From: an uncultured Acidobacteriota bacterium
Lineage (GTDB): Bacteria > Acidobacteriota > Thermoanaerobaculia > Multivoradales > UBA5704
Reading direction: 5' to 3'
NCBI GenBank assembly: GCA_963700145.1
Contig: OY969474.1
Coordinates: forward strand, 800,001-864,000
DNA length: 64,000 nucleotides
The notes beneath the pieces were generated by a model. It did no database searches, had not been told where the DNA came from, and saw only the letters and a program-made list of their open reading frames with translations. Both the position numbers and the translations under genes were made by a program. Below, piece by piece: positions 1-12,000 of this stretch (position 1 is the first letter of the stretch; each line of letters begins with the position of its first letter).

Positions 1-75
1 AGGCAGGGTAAACGAGACTCTTCTAGTCCTCAAGTGCTGGCTCCGCCCCGGGGCGGGACATAAGATCGCCCGCCG

Positions 76-891
76 ATGTCGGTCTTCCTGCTCTTCCTCC
101 TCGCCACCAGCCTCGGCGCGCTGACCACGCTCTACTGGATCCCCGAGAAGGACCTCGGGCGCGGCTACTTCCAGATGAACGCGCTGGTCGTGCTGGGGCT
201 GCTGGGCCTGGCGCAGGCCGTCGTCTGGCTGCACCCGTTCCGCCCGTTCGGCGAGCACGCCGCCGCCGGCGGCGCGGCGCTGGCGCTGGCCTTGGCCGGC
301 GGCTTCCTCTACTACGCGGCGATCTGGCGCGAGCGGTGGGCGCTCTGCCGCTGGCCGCTCGCCCTCGCCACGGCGGGCACCGCGGCCGCCCTGCTGCTGG
401 CCGGCCCGCACCTGCTGCGCCCGCTCACTCCGCTCCCCCACCGCGCGGCTCTCCTCGTCGCGGCGCTTCTCGCCTCGGCCCTGGTCCTCGGCTGGTCGCT
501 CGTCACCATGCTCCTCGGCCACTGGTATCTGGTGGCGCCGCGGCTCACCTTCCGCCACCTGACGATCTTCTGCTGGGTGCTCCTGGGAACGCTCCTGCTG
601 CGTCTGGCGGCCGTCGGGGCGAGCCTGGCGCAGTCGGCGGCGGTGGACGAGCTCGTCGAGCCGCACCCCCTCCGCCTCCTCGTCGGCCTGGCGGCGCAGG
701 GCCCTTTCTTCTGGTTCCGCCTGCTCTGGGGGTTGGCGGTGCCGCTCCTGCTCGCCGCCATGGCGCTCCACTGCGCCCGCCAGCGTTCGAACCAATCGGC
801 GACCGGCATCCTCTACGTGCTTGTCGTCGGCACCTTCATCGGCGAGATCACCGGCCTCTACCTGCTGGTGACGACCGGCGTCCCGGTCTGA
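76..891 (+). CDS. Conserved multi-pass membrane protein (MLLGHWYL motif), function unknown
   Basis: About 7-8 hydrophobic segments; TMLLGHWYLV and QSATGILY motifs; TAAGAT -10-like element at 61-66. Confidence 0.7.
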   Translation: MSVFLLFLLATSLGALTTLYWIPEKDLGRGYFQMNALVVLGLLGLAQAVVWLHPFRPFGEHAAAGGAALALALAGGFLYYAAIWRERWALCRWPLALATAGTAAALLLAGPHLLRPLTPLPHRAALLVAALLASALVLGWSLVTMLLGHWYLVAPRLTFRHLTIFCWVLLGTLLLRLAAVGASLAQSAAVDELVEPHPLRLLVGLAAQGPFFWFRLLWGLAVPLLLAAMALHCARQRSNQSATGILYVLVVGTFIGEITGLYLLVTTGVPV

Positions 892-895
892 CGCT

Positions 896-1327
896 CTACT
901 CTTCTTTCCAGGTCTTCCCGTACTTCAAGACGTCGTGCTTGAGGAGGTCGAAGTCCCCCTGGCGGGGGCCCGGGCGGGCGTCGCGGAAGACCGTGTCGCA
1001 GCGGTAGCAGACGACGGCGAAGGGTAGCCGCCGGTAGAGCCAGAGGTCGACCAGGCCGAAGGCGACCAGGGAGAGGCCGAAGGTCCAGGGGGCGAGGGCG
1101 GCGCCCACGGCCACGATCAGGCAGCCCCAGCCGCGGTGGATGTCACGCTGCCGGTAGAGGTGGCGGCAGCCGCACAGGGCGCACTTCTCGACCTGCCCCG
1201 CCGCCGTCCAGCCCTCCTCCACCGTCCGCGCCACCCCGCAGTTCGGGCAGGCGAGGGGCTCTCCCGCCGCCGGCAGCACCGCGCGGAACGGCAGCCCGCA
1301 GGCGCGGCACTGGGTGCGGACGCGCAA
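896..1327 (-). CDS. Zinc-ribbon membrane protein, hypothetical
   Basis: Four CxxC pairs (CRAC, CPNC, CALC, CYRC) around a hydrophobic hairpin; lies downstream of ahcY on the same strand. Confidence 0.65.
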   Translation of the reverse strand: MRVRTQCRACGLPFRAVLPAAGEPLACPNCGVARTVEEGWTAAGQVEKCALCGCRHLYRQRDIHRGWGCLIVAVGAALAPWTFGLSLVAFGLVDLWLYRRLPFAVVCYRCDTVFRDARPGPRQGDFDLLKHDVLKYGKTWKEE

Positions 1328-1343
1328 GGGGCTGGGAGCTGCC

Positions 1344-3879
<2,536 letters not shown>

Positions 3880-3956
3880 CGATCGCACCTCTGCCCGGGC
3901 ATTGTAAGGGGAAGGACCAGAAAAGCGCCGGCTGGTCGACTGGAGCCCAATGGTAC

Positions 3957-4562
3957 CTAGCGGGCGGAGCGCGTGTCCAGTACCCCGTAAAAGAGCGTGG
4001 AGAGCGCGTGCAGGGTGGAAAGCCCGACGGCGTGGCGCCGGGTCTCGAGACCGCCGGTGAGCGAGCTGATCATGCCGCCGCGCCTGCGCGTGCCGGGGAC
4101 GGCGAAGGGCACCTGCTCGTCGTCGAGGCCCTTGATCAGCCGCTCCGGAAGCTGGATCGAGCCGCTCGCCCCCCAGGCCTCCCCCAGCCGCCCGCGCACC
4201 ACCGTCCAGTTGCGCACGAAATAGCGGAGCTTGCCGTCGATCTCGACCGAGGCGAGGCCGCCGTCGGTGGCGACGTAGAAGTGGTAGGTGTCGCCGAGCC
4301 GCTGCTCGAGGTCCAGCACCTTCTCGCGGTTGCGGCCGATGACCTCCTCGTCCGAGACCGCCAGCCCGAGCGCCGACTCCTCGCACGGCTGCGGCACCAC
4401 CGCCACCGAGACCGGTCGCTCGAGGCCGTCCTGGAAGTAGCGGAGGAAGCCGTCGCGCACCCCCAAGAGCTTGTCGGGGCTGGGGCCGGCGACCGCCACC
4501 TCGACGCCTTTTTGGAGGCGCTGCCAGAAGTTCTTAAGATCGTCGGATATGGGCGGGGACAT
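3957..4562 (-). CDS. Non-canonical purine NTP phosphatase-like protein (YjjX/DUF84 family)
   Basis: N-terminal [10 protein letters not shown], then [19 protein letters not shown] and TRR segments resembling the YjjX family; start could also be 4568. Confidence 0.6.
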   Translation of the reverse strand: MSPPISDDLKNFWQRLQKGVEVAVAGPSPDKLLGVRDGFLRYFQDGLERPVSVAVVPQPCEESALGLAVSDEEVIGRNREKVLDLEQRLGDTYHFYVATDGGLASVEIDGKLRYFVRNWTVVRGRLGEAWGASGSIQLPERLIKGLDDEQVPFAVPGTRRRGGMISSLTGGLETRRHAVGLSTLHALSTLFYGVLDTRSAR

Positions 4563-4566
4563 GGGC

Positions 4567-5373
4567 ATGATCGCGAGCCCGCAGAACAAGAAAATCAAGG
4601 ATATCCGGCGGCTCCTGCGCTGTAAAGGCGAGTGGACGCTGCTCGAAGGCCCGCACCTCGTCGCCGCGGCGCTCGAAGCCGGCACGGCGCTCGAGACCGT
4701 GCTGGCGACGGCGCCGTTCCTCGCCACACCGGAGGGGCGGCGGCTCACGACGGCGATGGCGGCGATGACCGCGCCGCCGCTGGTCGTCGAGCCGAAGGTG
4801 CTGGAGCGCCTCGCCGACGCCGACTCGCCGCGCGGCATCGCCGCCCTGGCGCGGCTGCCGCGGGGCGGCGCCGAGGCGCTGCCGGCGGTGCCCGGCGGGC
4901 TCTACCTCTACCTCGAAGGGCTGCAGGACCCCGGCAACCTCGGGGCGCTGGCGCGGACCGCCGAGGCGGCCGGGGCGGCGGGGATCGCCCTCTCCCCCGG
5001 CGCGGCCAGCCCCAACCACCCGCGGGCGCTGCGCGCCTCGGCCGGCAGCCTCCTGCGCCTGCCGGCGGCGGTGGGCGTCGAGCCCGAGGAGCTGGAGGCG
5101 CGGCTGGCGCCGCTCGGGCCGCGCTGGGCGGCGCTCGTGCCGCGCGGCGGGCGGGACCTCTACGGCCCGCTGGACCTGCCGGCGGCGGCGCCGCTGGTCC
5201 TCGCCCTGGGGGCCGAGGGGCCGGGGCTCTCAACGGCCCTTTCCCGCCGCGCCGCGCTGCGCCTCACCATCCCGCTGGAGCCGCCGGTCGAGTCGCTCAA
5301 CGCCACCGTCGCCGCGGCCCTCGCCCTCTTCGAGCTGCGCCGCCGGCGGCTGCAGCAAACGCCCGGCACGTAG
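4567..5373 (+). CDS. TrmH/SpoU-family RNA 2'-O-methyltransferase
   Basis: IASPQN, LQDPGNLGALARTA, LGAEGPGL and ESLNATVAAA SPOUT motifs. Confidence 0.9.
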   Translation: MIASPQNKKIKDIRRLLRCKGEWTLLEGPHLVAAALEAGTALETVLATAPFLATPEGRRLTTAMAAMTAPPLVVEPKVLERLADADSPRGIAALARLPRGGAEALPAVPGGLYLYLEGLQDPGNLGALARTAEAAGAAGIALSPGAASPNHPRALRASAGSLLRLPAAVGVEPEELEARLAPLGPRWAALVPRGGRDLYGPLDLPAAAPLVLALGAEGPGLSTALSRRAALRLTIPLEPPVESLNATVAAALALFELRRRRLQQTPGT

Positions 5374-5423
5374 GCCGGGCGCTACGGGAGCTCCGTTCGT
5401 CGCCGTGGTCTAATAACCGCCCC

Positions 5424-6923
5424 GTGCGCGGCCGTCTCCCCCTCATCGCGGCCCTGCCTCTCCTCGCCCTCGCCTGCCGCCCCGCCGATGGGCCGGCGCC
5501 GGCGACCGTCGAGCCGCTGCCGGCGCGCAGCAACGTCCTCCTGATCACCATCGACACCCTGCGCGCCGACCACCTGTCGAGCTACGGCTACCCGCGTGCC
5601 ACCTCGCCGGCGATCGACCGGCTGGCCGCCGAAGGCGTGCGCTTCGACCGCGCGATCGTGCAGTGGCCGAAGACCGGCCCCTCCTTCGCCTCGATGTTCA
5701 CCGCCACCTACCCCAAGGACAACGACATCGTGCGCAAGGTGGGCATCCCGCTCCCCTGCCGCTTCCGCATGCTCGCCGAGGAGCTGAAGGCGCAGGGCTA
5801 CGCCACCCACGCCGTGGTGGCCAACGGCGCCGTGGGGCGCGAGTTCTACTTCGACCAGGGGTTCGACACCTACGTCGAGACCTGGAAGCTGCCGCCGGGC
5901 CGCCAGGGCGCCGACCCCAACCTGGCCGAGGCGGTGACCCGCCTCGCCGCCGGCGTCCTCGGGCGCATCGACAAGCGCCGCCCCTACTTCCTCTGGGTCC
6001 ACTACCTCGACCCGCACTGGCCGTACACGCCGCCGGGCGCCTGGAGCGCGAAGTTCCAGAACGACGCGCACTGGGACGACGCCGTGCGCATCCCCGTCGC
6101 CCCCGGCAAGGAGCGGCAGGAGATGATGGGGATCGGCGAAGGACAGGTGCTCGACGGCCGCGACGAGCTGGCCTTCTACGCCGCGCGCTACGACGCCGAG
6201 ATCGCCTACACCGACGCCCAGGTCGGCAAGCTCCTCGACGCGGCGCGGCGGCGCGGCCTCCTCGAGCGCACCCTGACCGTCCTCACCTCCGACCACGGCG
6301 AGTCGCTCGGCGACCACCACTACTTCTTCGACCACGGCCGCTTCGGCTTCCAGAGCTGCCTGCGCGTGCCGCTCATCGTCCACTACCCGGGCGTCCTGGC
6401 GCCGCGGGTGGACAGAGACCCCGCCGCGCTCATCCATCTCGCGCCGACGCTGCTGGAGGCGGCGGGGGTGGCGCTGCCGGACGGCGCCTGGCGGCAGGGG
6501 CGGAGCCTGACGCCGCGGCTGCGCGGCGCGCCGTCGACCGCGGCGGCCGAGGGGAGCGCCGGCGATCCCACCCGCCTGGCCTTCTCCGAGGCCGGCTACG
6601 AGCAGGCCGGCAAGTGGCAGAAGGCGGTGCAGGACGAACGCTGGAAGCTGGTCTACGCGCAAGGGCTCGCCGACCAGCGTTGGATCGCCGGCGAGGGGGT
6701 GCGCTTCGCCCTCTTCGACCTCCAGGCCGACCCCGGCGAGACGCGCAACCTTGCCGACGCGCAGCCGGCCGAGCGGCAGCGGCTGGTGCGCACGCTCTGG
6801 CAGTGGGACCGGGCGCCGCGCTTCCAGGCGCTCACCGAGCCCGAGAGCGCCGCCTGCGGCGACGAGCGCGGGATGGAGAAAGAGACCGAAGAGCTGCTGC
6901 GCAGCCTGGGGTACTTGCGGTGA
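5424..6923 (+). CDS. Sulfatase-like (alkaline phosphatase superfamily) lipoprotein
   Basis: Lipobox LALAC; LITIDTLRADH, WVHYLDPH, TSDHGE and DHG motifs; GTG start inferred. Confidence 0.85.
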   Translation: MRGRLPLIAALPLLALACRPADGPAPATVEPLPARSNVLLITIDTLRADHLSSYGYPRATSPAIDRLAAEGVRFDRAIVQWPKTGPSFASMFTATYPKDNDIVRKVGIPLPCRFRMLAEELKAQGYATHAVVANGAVGREFYFDQGFDTYVETWKLPPGRQGADPNLAEAVTRLAAGVLGRIDKRRPYFLWVHYLDPHWPYTPPGAWSAKFQNDAHWDDAVRIPVAPGKERQEMMGIGEGQVLDGRDELAFYAARYDAEIAYTDAQVGKLLDAARRRGLLERTLTVLTSDHGESLGDHHYFFDHGRFGFQSCLRVPLIVHYPGVLAPRVDRDPAALIHLAPTLLEAAGVALPDGAWRQGRSLTPRLRGAPSTAAAEGSAGDPTRLAFSEAGYEQAGKWQKAVQDERWKLVYAQGLADQRWIAGEGVRFALFDLQADPGETRNLADAQPAERQRLVRTLWQWDRAPRFQALTEPESAACGDERGMEKETEELLRSLGYLR

Positions 6924-6933
6924 AGGAGCGTTC

Positions 6934-7374
6934 ATGAAGATTGCGCTCGGCAGCGACCACGCCGGCTTCCGCTACAAGCAGCGCCTCGCCGAGTGGCTGC
7001 GCGGCGCGGGGCACCAGGTGGTGGACTTCGGCACCCACTCCGAGGAGCCGGTGGACTACCCGCTCTTCGTGCGGCCGGCGGCGGCGGCGGTGGCGCGCGG
7101 CGAGTGCGAGCGCGCCATCGTCCTCGGCGGCTCCGGCAACGGCGAGGCGATGGCCGCCAACCGCCTGCGCGGCGTCCGCTGCGCCCTCTGCTGGAGCGTC
7201 GAGTCCGCGACCCTCGCCCGCCGCCACAACGACGCCAACGCCCTCTCCCTCGGCGAGAGGCTGGTCCCCTGGGAGACGGCGGTGGAGATCGTGCAGACCT
7301 GGCTCGAGACGCCCTTCGAAGGCGGCAGGCACGTGCGGCGCATCGAGATGCTGGATCGGGAAATTGACACGTAG
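6934..7374 (+). CDS. rpiB: Ribose-5-phosphate isomerase B
   Basis: GSDHAG, VDYP, GGSGNGE, ARRHNDAN and FEGGRH motifs. Confidence 0.95.
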   Translation: MKIALGSDHAGFRYKQRLAEWLRGAGHQVVDFGTHSEEPVDYPLFVRPAAAAVARGECERAIVLGGSGNGEAMAANRLRGVRCALCWSVESATLARRHNDANALSLGERLVPWETAVEIVQTWLETPFEGGRHVRRIEMLDREIDT

Positions 7375-7390
7375 GGCACCAGCGTCCTTT

Positions 7391-7418
7391 GTCATCCCGA
7401 GCGTGAGCGAGGGATCTG
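7391..7418 (+). repeat. REP-like hairpin repeat, copy 1 (GTCATCCCGAGCGTGAGCGAGGGATCTG)
   Basis: Matches copies at 8903, 12659, 26927 and 58173; intergenic between rpiB and murB. Confidence 0.85.
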
Positions 7419-7442
7419 GGGGCAGGGCGGCGCGAATTTGAC

Positions 7443-8396
7443 ATGCCGCAAGCCCTGCCCGAGCCTTTTCAGGCCCTAACCCGCGACCTCGGCCCCGAGC
7501 GCGTCCGCCTCGACGAGCCGCTAGCCCCGTACACCACCTTCAAAATAGGCGGCCCGGCCGACCTCTTCTACGAGGCGCGCACCCCCGACGAGCTGGCCGC
7601 CGCGCTCGGCGCGGCGCGGGCGCGCGCCGTCCCCAGCTTCCTCCTCGGCCTCGGTGCCAACATCCTGATCGGCGACCGCGGCTTCCGCGGCCTGGTGGTG
7701 CGCAACGCCGCGCGCCACATCGAGGTGCTGGCCGAGGAGCGGCGCATCGTGGCGGGGAGCGGCACGGTCGTCTGGCCCGACCTCATCGAGACCGCCATCG
7801 CCCACTCCCTCTCCGGCCTCGAGCACTACGTCGGCATCCCCTCGACCGTCGGCGGCGCCCTCTGGCAGAACCTCCACTTCCTCTCCCCGGCGCCGGCGCG
7901 CGAGCGCACCATGTTCATCGCCGAGGTGACGCTCGGCGCGGAGGTCCTGACCCTCGACGGCGAGCGGCAGTGGCAGGACGCCGCCTGGTTCGAGTTCGGC
8001 TACGACACCTCGGTCCTCCACCACCGGCCGGAGGTGGTGCTCACCGCCACCTTCCAGCTCGCCCCCGGCGACTCCGAGACGATGCGCCGGATCGTGCGCG
8101 AGAACCTGGAGTGGCGCGGCCACCGCCACCCGCCGCTCGACCGCGAGCCCTCGGTGGGCTCGATCTTCAAGAAGATCGAGGGGATCGGCGCCGGCCGGCT
8201 GATCGACCAGTGCGGCTTGAAGGGCGCCCGCGCCGGCGCCGCCGTCGTCACCCACCGCCACGCCAACATCATCGTCAACGAGGGCGGCGCCACCGCCGCC
8301 GACGTGCGCGCCCTCATCGCGCACATCCAGGACGTCGTCGAGCGCGACACCGGCTATCGCCTGCAGCCGGAGATCTCCTTCGTCGGGGAGTTCTAG
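7443..8396 (+). CDS. murB: UDP-N-acetylenolpyruvoylglucosamine reductase
   Basis: TTFKIGGPAD, GLGANILIGD, GIPSTVGGA, PSVGSIFK and HANIIVN motifs. Confidence 0.93.
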   Translation: MPQALPEPFQALTRDLGPERVRLDEPLAPYTTFKIGGPADLFYEARTPDELAAALGAARARAVPSFLLGLGANILIGDRGFRGLVVRNAARHIEVLAEERRIVAGSGTVVWPDLIETAIAHSLSGLEHYVGIPSTVGGALWQNLHFLSPAPARERTMFIAEVTLGAEVLTLDGERQWQDAAWFEFGYDTSVLHHRPEVVLTATFQLAPGDSETMRRIVRENLEWRGHRHPPLDREPSVGSIFKKIEGIGAGRLIDQCGLKGARAGAAVVTHRHANIIVNEGGATAADVRALIAHIQDVVERDTGYRLQPEISFVGEF

Positions 8397-8407
8397 CGAG
8401 GTCTGCG

Positions 8408-8474
8408 CCTGCGGCTCGACCTCGCTTCGGTCGCTTGAGCCGGCAAGCCGGCTCAAGGGAGCTAAGGCCGCAGG
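8408..8474. repeat. Branched palindromic element (REP-like or terminator)
   Basis: Outer stem 8408-8415/8467-8474; inner hairpins 8417-8433 and an 11-bp perfect IR at 8434-8457. Confidence 0.55.
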
Positions 8475-8482
8475 AGGAGAAA

Positions 8483-8845
8483 TGCACCACGCGGGCTCCG
8501 ATTTGCACCATTCGGAGCCTCCGGAGCCCGCCGCGACGCCTCGGGAGAGGGGTTCGGCGCCTCCGCGAGCTAGTTCTCACCCGAAAATGCACCCCGCGGC
8601 CGGAGAAATGCACCATGCGGGGCCTGCGGACCGATCCTCAGCCCCTGTTTTGCACCATTTTTCTTCCAGATGGTGCAAAGAAGGCCCCGCGGCGCCGTCC
8701 GGAGGGCCTCCGGCGCCCGCCGGAGCCGCTCCGGAGGCCTCCGGAGGCGCCGGATGGTGCAATTCTGCCGGAAAATGGTGCACCTTTTGTCCCGCGGCAA
8801 TATCCGCAGCGCCGGCGGGGTGCACCGCAGGCGCCGCGGGGTGCA
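8483..8845. repeat. 21-bp-phased TGCACC/GGTGCA motif array
   Basis: TGCACC at 8483, 8504, 8588, 8609, 8651; GGTGCA at 8672, 8756, 8777, 8819, 8840. Confidence 0.8.
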
Positions 8846-8902
8846 TTGGAGGCTGCGCGGCGACGTCCGCCGCTACTGCGGGGCTAATGCCGCCTGGTCC
8901 CC

Positions 8903-8929
8903 GTCATCCTGAACGCAGTGAAGGATCTG
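8903..8929 (+). repeat. REP-like hairpin repeat, copy 2 (GTCATCCTGAACGCAGTGAAGGATCTG)
   Basis: Same family; lies upstream of the TIR-NB-ARC-WD40 gene. Confidence 0.85.
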
Positions 8930-9005
8930 AGCGGGGGCCGCCGGCCAGGAGTCCCGCCAGCGCGGGCCTGTACAATCTGAGCGTTCAAGCAAGCCTGCGC
9001 CCGCG

Positions 9006-12000
9006 ATGCGGCACACCAAGCGCTACGACGTCTTCCTGAGCTACGCGAGCGCCGACGAGCCCGTTGTGGCCGAGCTCGACCGCAAGCTGCAGGCGGCCGG
9101 CTTCAAGCCCTTCTTCGCCCCGCGCTCTTTGATTCCCGGGGAGACTTGGCAGGAGAAGCTGGAGGCGGCGCTCGACGAAAGCGCCACCTGCGCCATCTGC
9201 ATCGGCCCGCAGGGGATCACCCCGTGGCAGAACGAGGAAATGCGGGCGGCGCTCGCGACACAGGTGCGCGACACGGCCTTCCGAGTCATTCCGGTCCTCC
9301 TACCTGGGTCGGACCCCACGACTGTCCCTACCCTTCTGGAGCGCCGCACGTGGGTGGATCTGCGCGGTGGTCTCGGCAACGAAAAGGAATTTCACCGACT
9401 GATCAGCGGCATCGAGGGCGCACCGTGGGAACCGGCCTCTAGCAACGCTCGGAAGGAGGCAGAGCCCCGGGCTCCGAGCGGTGTTCGCTTCCCGCCGAAG
9501 CTGCCGCAGCATTACTTGCAGCGCTCTATCTACCTGGAGTCCCTCAAGCGAGGTCTGCTCGCGCCGGACTCCAACCCGTTGGCGATTACCGGTGCGGGAA
9601 TGGTCGGTCTGCAGGGCATGGGAGGAATCGGCAAGACGATCCTCGCCGCGGCGATTGCGCATGACCCAGAGATCAAGGCCGCCTTTCAAGACCGTGTCTT
9701 CTGGGTGACGGTGGGCCAGCAGCCCGACCTCGCGGCGCTGCTGCGCGAGCTTGCCGCGGCGCTCGGCGACCGGGAGGTGGTGTTCACCTCAGCATTCCAG
9801 GGGAAGCAGCACGTCGCGAGGCTCGCGGCGCGGTTGCGCATGCTCCTTGTGCTGGACGACGTCTGGAAGCTTGGGGACGCCGAGGCGCTGGACGTCGTCG
9901 GTCCGGATGGCCGCCTCCTGCTGACTACGCGCGACCGCGAGATCCTGGTCCGACTCGGAGCTACGGAGGTCCGGGTCGATGTTCTTGATCAGGAGGAGGC
10001 CCTGAGCTTCCTAGCGGGCTGGGCGGGCAAAAACCGCGCTTCGCTTCCACAGATCGCCGGTAAGGTTGCCAAGGAGTGCGGTTACCTGCCGCTCGCCCTG
10101 GCGATGATCGGCGCGATGGTCCGCCTCCGGCCGACGGCCTGGGAGGATGCGCTCGCCCGTCTCCAGCGTGCCGACCTCGAGAAGATCAGGGGCCAGTTCC
10201 CCGACTACCCGTACCCCGATCTCTTGCGCGCGCTCGAGGTGAGCGTCGAGGCGCTCGAGCCCTGGCAGCGCGACCGTTACCTGGAGCTAGCTGTCTTTCC
10301 TGAGGATGCGGCCGTGCCGGAAGCGGCGGTGGCGACGATCTGGTCGGCGGCGGGGTTCCCGGAGGATGACGCCCGCGACCTCGTCACCACCCTCGTCGCC
10401 CGTTCACTCGCGACCCTCGACGCGACCCGCCGTCTCACTCTTCACGACCTCCAGGGCGACTACTTGCGCAAGCGCGCCGGTGACCTCCGGCCCCTCCATC
10501 GTCGGCTCGTCGAGGCCTACGCCGCCCGCTGCGCGGACGGTTTCGGTTCCGGTCCCGACGACGGCTATTTCTTCCAGCGTCTCCTTCATCACCTCGCCGC
10601 GGCCGGCATGACAGAAGAGTTAGAGGATCTTCTCTTCGACTTCCGCTGGCTCGCGGCCAAGCTGGTTGCCACGGACGTCAACGCTCTGATGGCGGACTAC
10701 GAGCACCTGCCGGATCAGCCGGCAGCCTGTCTCGTTCAAGGAGCTTTGCGCCTGGCGGCAAATGGGCTGGCTCGCGATCCCGCGCAGCTCGCTGGTCAGC
10801 TTCAAGGGCGTCTCGCCGCCGACGCCTCTCATCAGGTGGCTGAGCTCTTGACTCAGGCCCGTCAGCCGAGGGCCTGCCCGTCCCTGCGGCCGCTTCGTCC
10901 CACACTGATTGCACCCGGCGGCGCTCTCCTTCGCACCCTGCAGGGACACACCGGTGCGATCTGGGGCGTGGAGAGGCTCGACGAGCAGCGGGTCGTCTCC
11001 GCCTCCGATGACGGCACCTTGCGGGTCTGGGATGTCGCGAGCGGCGCCACGCTCGCCCTCCTGGAGGGGCACACCGACTGGGTTCGGGCCGTGGCGCGGC
11101 TCGACGAGCGGCGGGTGGTCTCCGCCTCCAACGACCGCACCCTGCGCGTCTGGGACGTCGCGACCGGCGCAACGCTCGCTATCCTGGAAGGGCACACCGG
11201 CCGGGTCCGGGCCGTGGCGCGGCTCGACGAGCGGCGGGTGGTCTCCGCCTCTGACGACCGCACCCTACGCGTTTGGGACGCCGCGACCAGCGCCACGCTC
11301 GCCACCCTGGAGGGGCACACCGACGGGGTCTGGGCCGTGGCGCGGCTCGACGAGCGGCGGGTGGTCTCGGCCTCCGACGATGGCACCCTGCGCATCTGGG
11401 ATGTCGCGACCGGCACCACGCTCGCCACCCTGGAGGGGCACACCTGCGGGGTCTGGGCCGTGGCGCGGCTCGACGAGCGGCGGGTGGTGTCCGCCTCCCA
11501 GGACCGCACGCTCCGGGTCTGGGACATCGGGAGCGGCGCCACGCTCGCCACGCTGGAGGGACACACCGAAGGAGTCATCGCCGTGGTGCGGCTCGACGAG
11601 CAGCGGGTGGTCTCCGGCTCCCTCGACGGTACCCTGTGCGTCTGGGACATTGCGACCGCCACCAGGCTCGGCACTTTGGAGAGGCACACCGGCTGGTTCC
11701 TCAGCTTGGCACGGCTCGACGAGCGACGGGTGGTCTCCGGCTCCGAGGATCCGACCCTGCGCGTCTGGGATGTCGCGAACGGCGCCACGCTCGCCACATT
11801 GGAGGGGCCCAACGAGTGGGTCTTGGCCGTGGCGTGGCTTGACGAGCGGCGGGTGGTCTCCGCCTCCGACGCCCTGCGCGTCTGCGACGTCGCGAGCGGC
11901 GCCACGCTTGCGACCCTGAAGGGACATGCTGCCTGGGTCTGGGCCGTGACGCGGCTTGACGAACGGCGGGTGGTCTCCGCCTCCGAGGACGGCACCCTGC

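Noticed and set aside
3880-3956. SAM or SAH riboswitch upstream of metK-ahcY
   Set aside because: The intergenic gap is short, holds a TACAAT -10-like element close to the start, and shows no recognisable aptamer
8483-8845. Possible CRISPR array or single long hairpin
   Set aside because: The conserved unit is only 6-10 bp, there are no cas genes, and the arms do not pair symmetrically beyond the central hairpin
8482-9039. ORFs 8482-9039, 8570-8800, 8577-8846 and 8670-8912 over the TGCACC array
   Set aside because: Recurring MHH/KCT/WCK/MVQ peptides in several frames are by-products of the DNA motif; no protein-like composition
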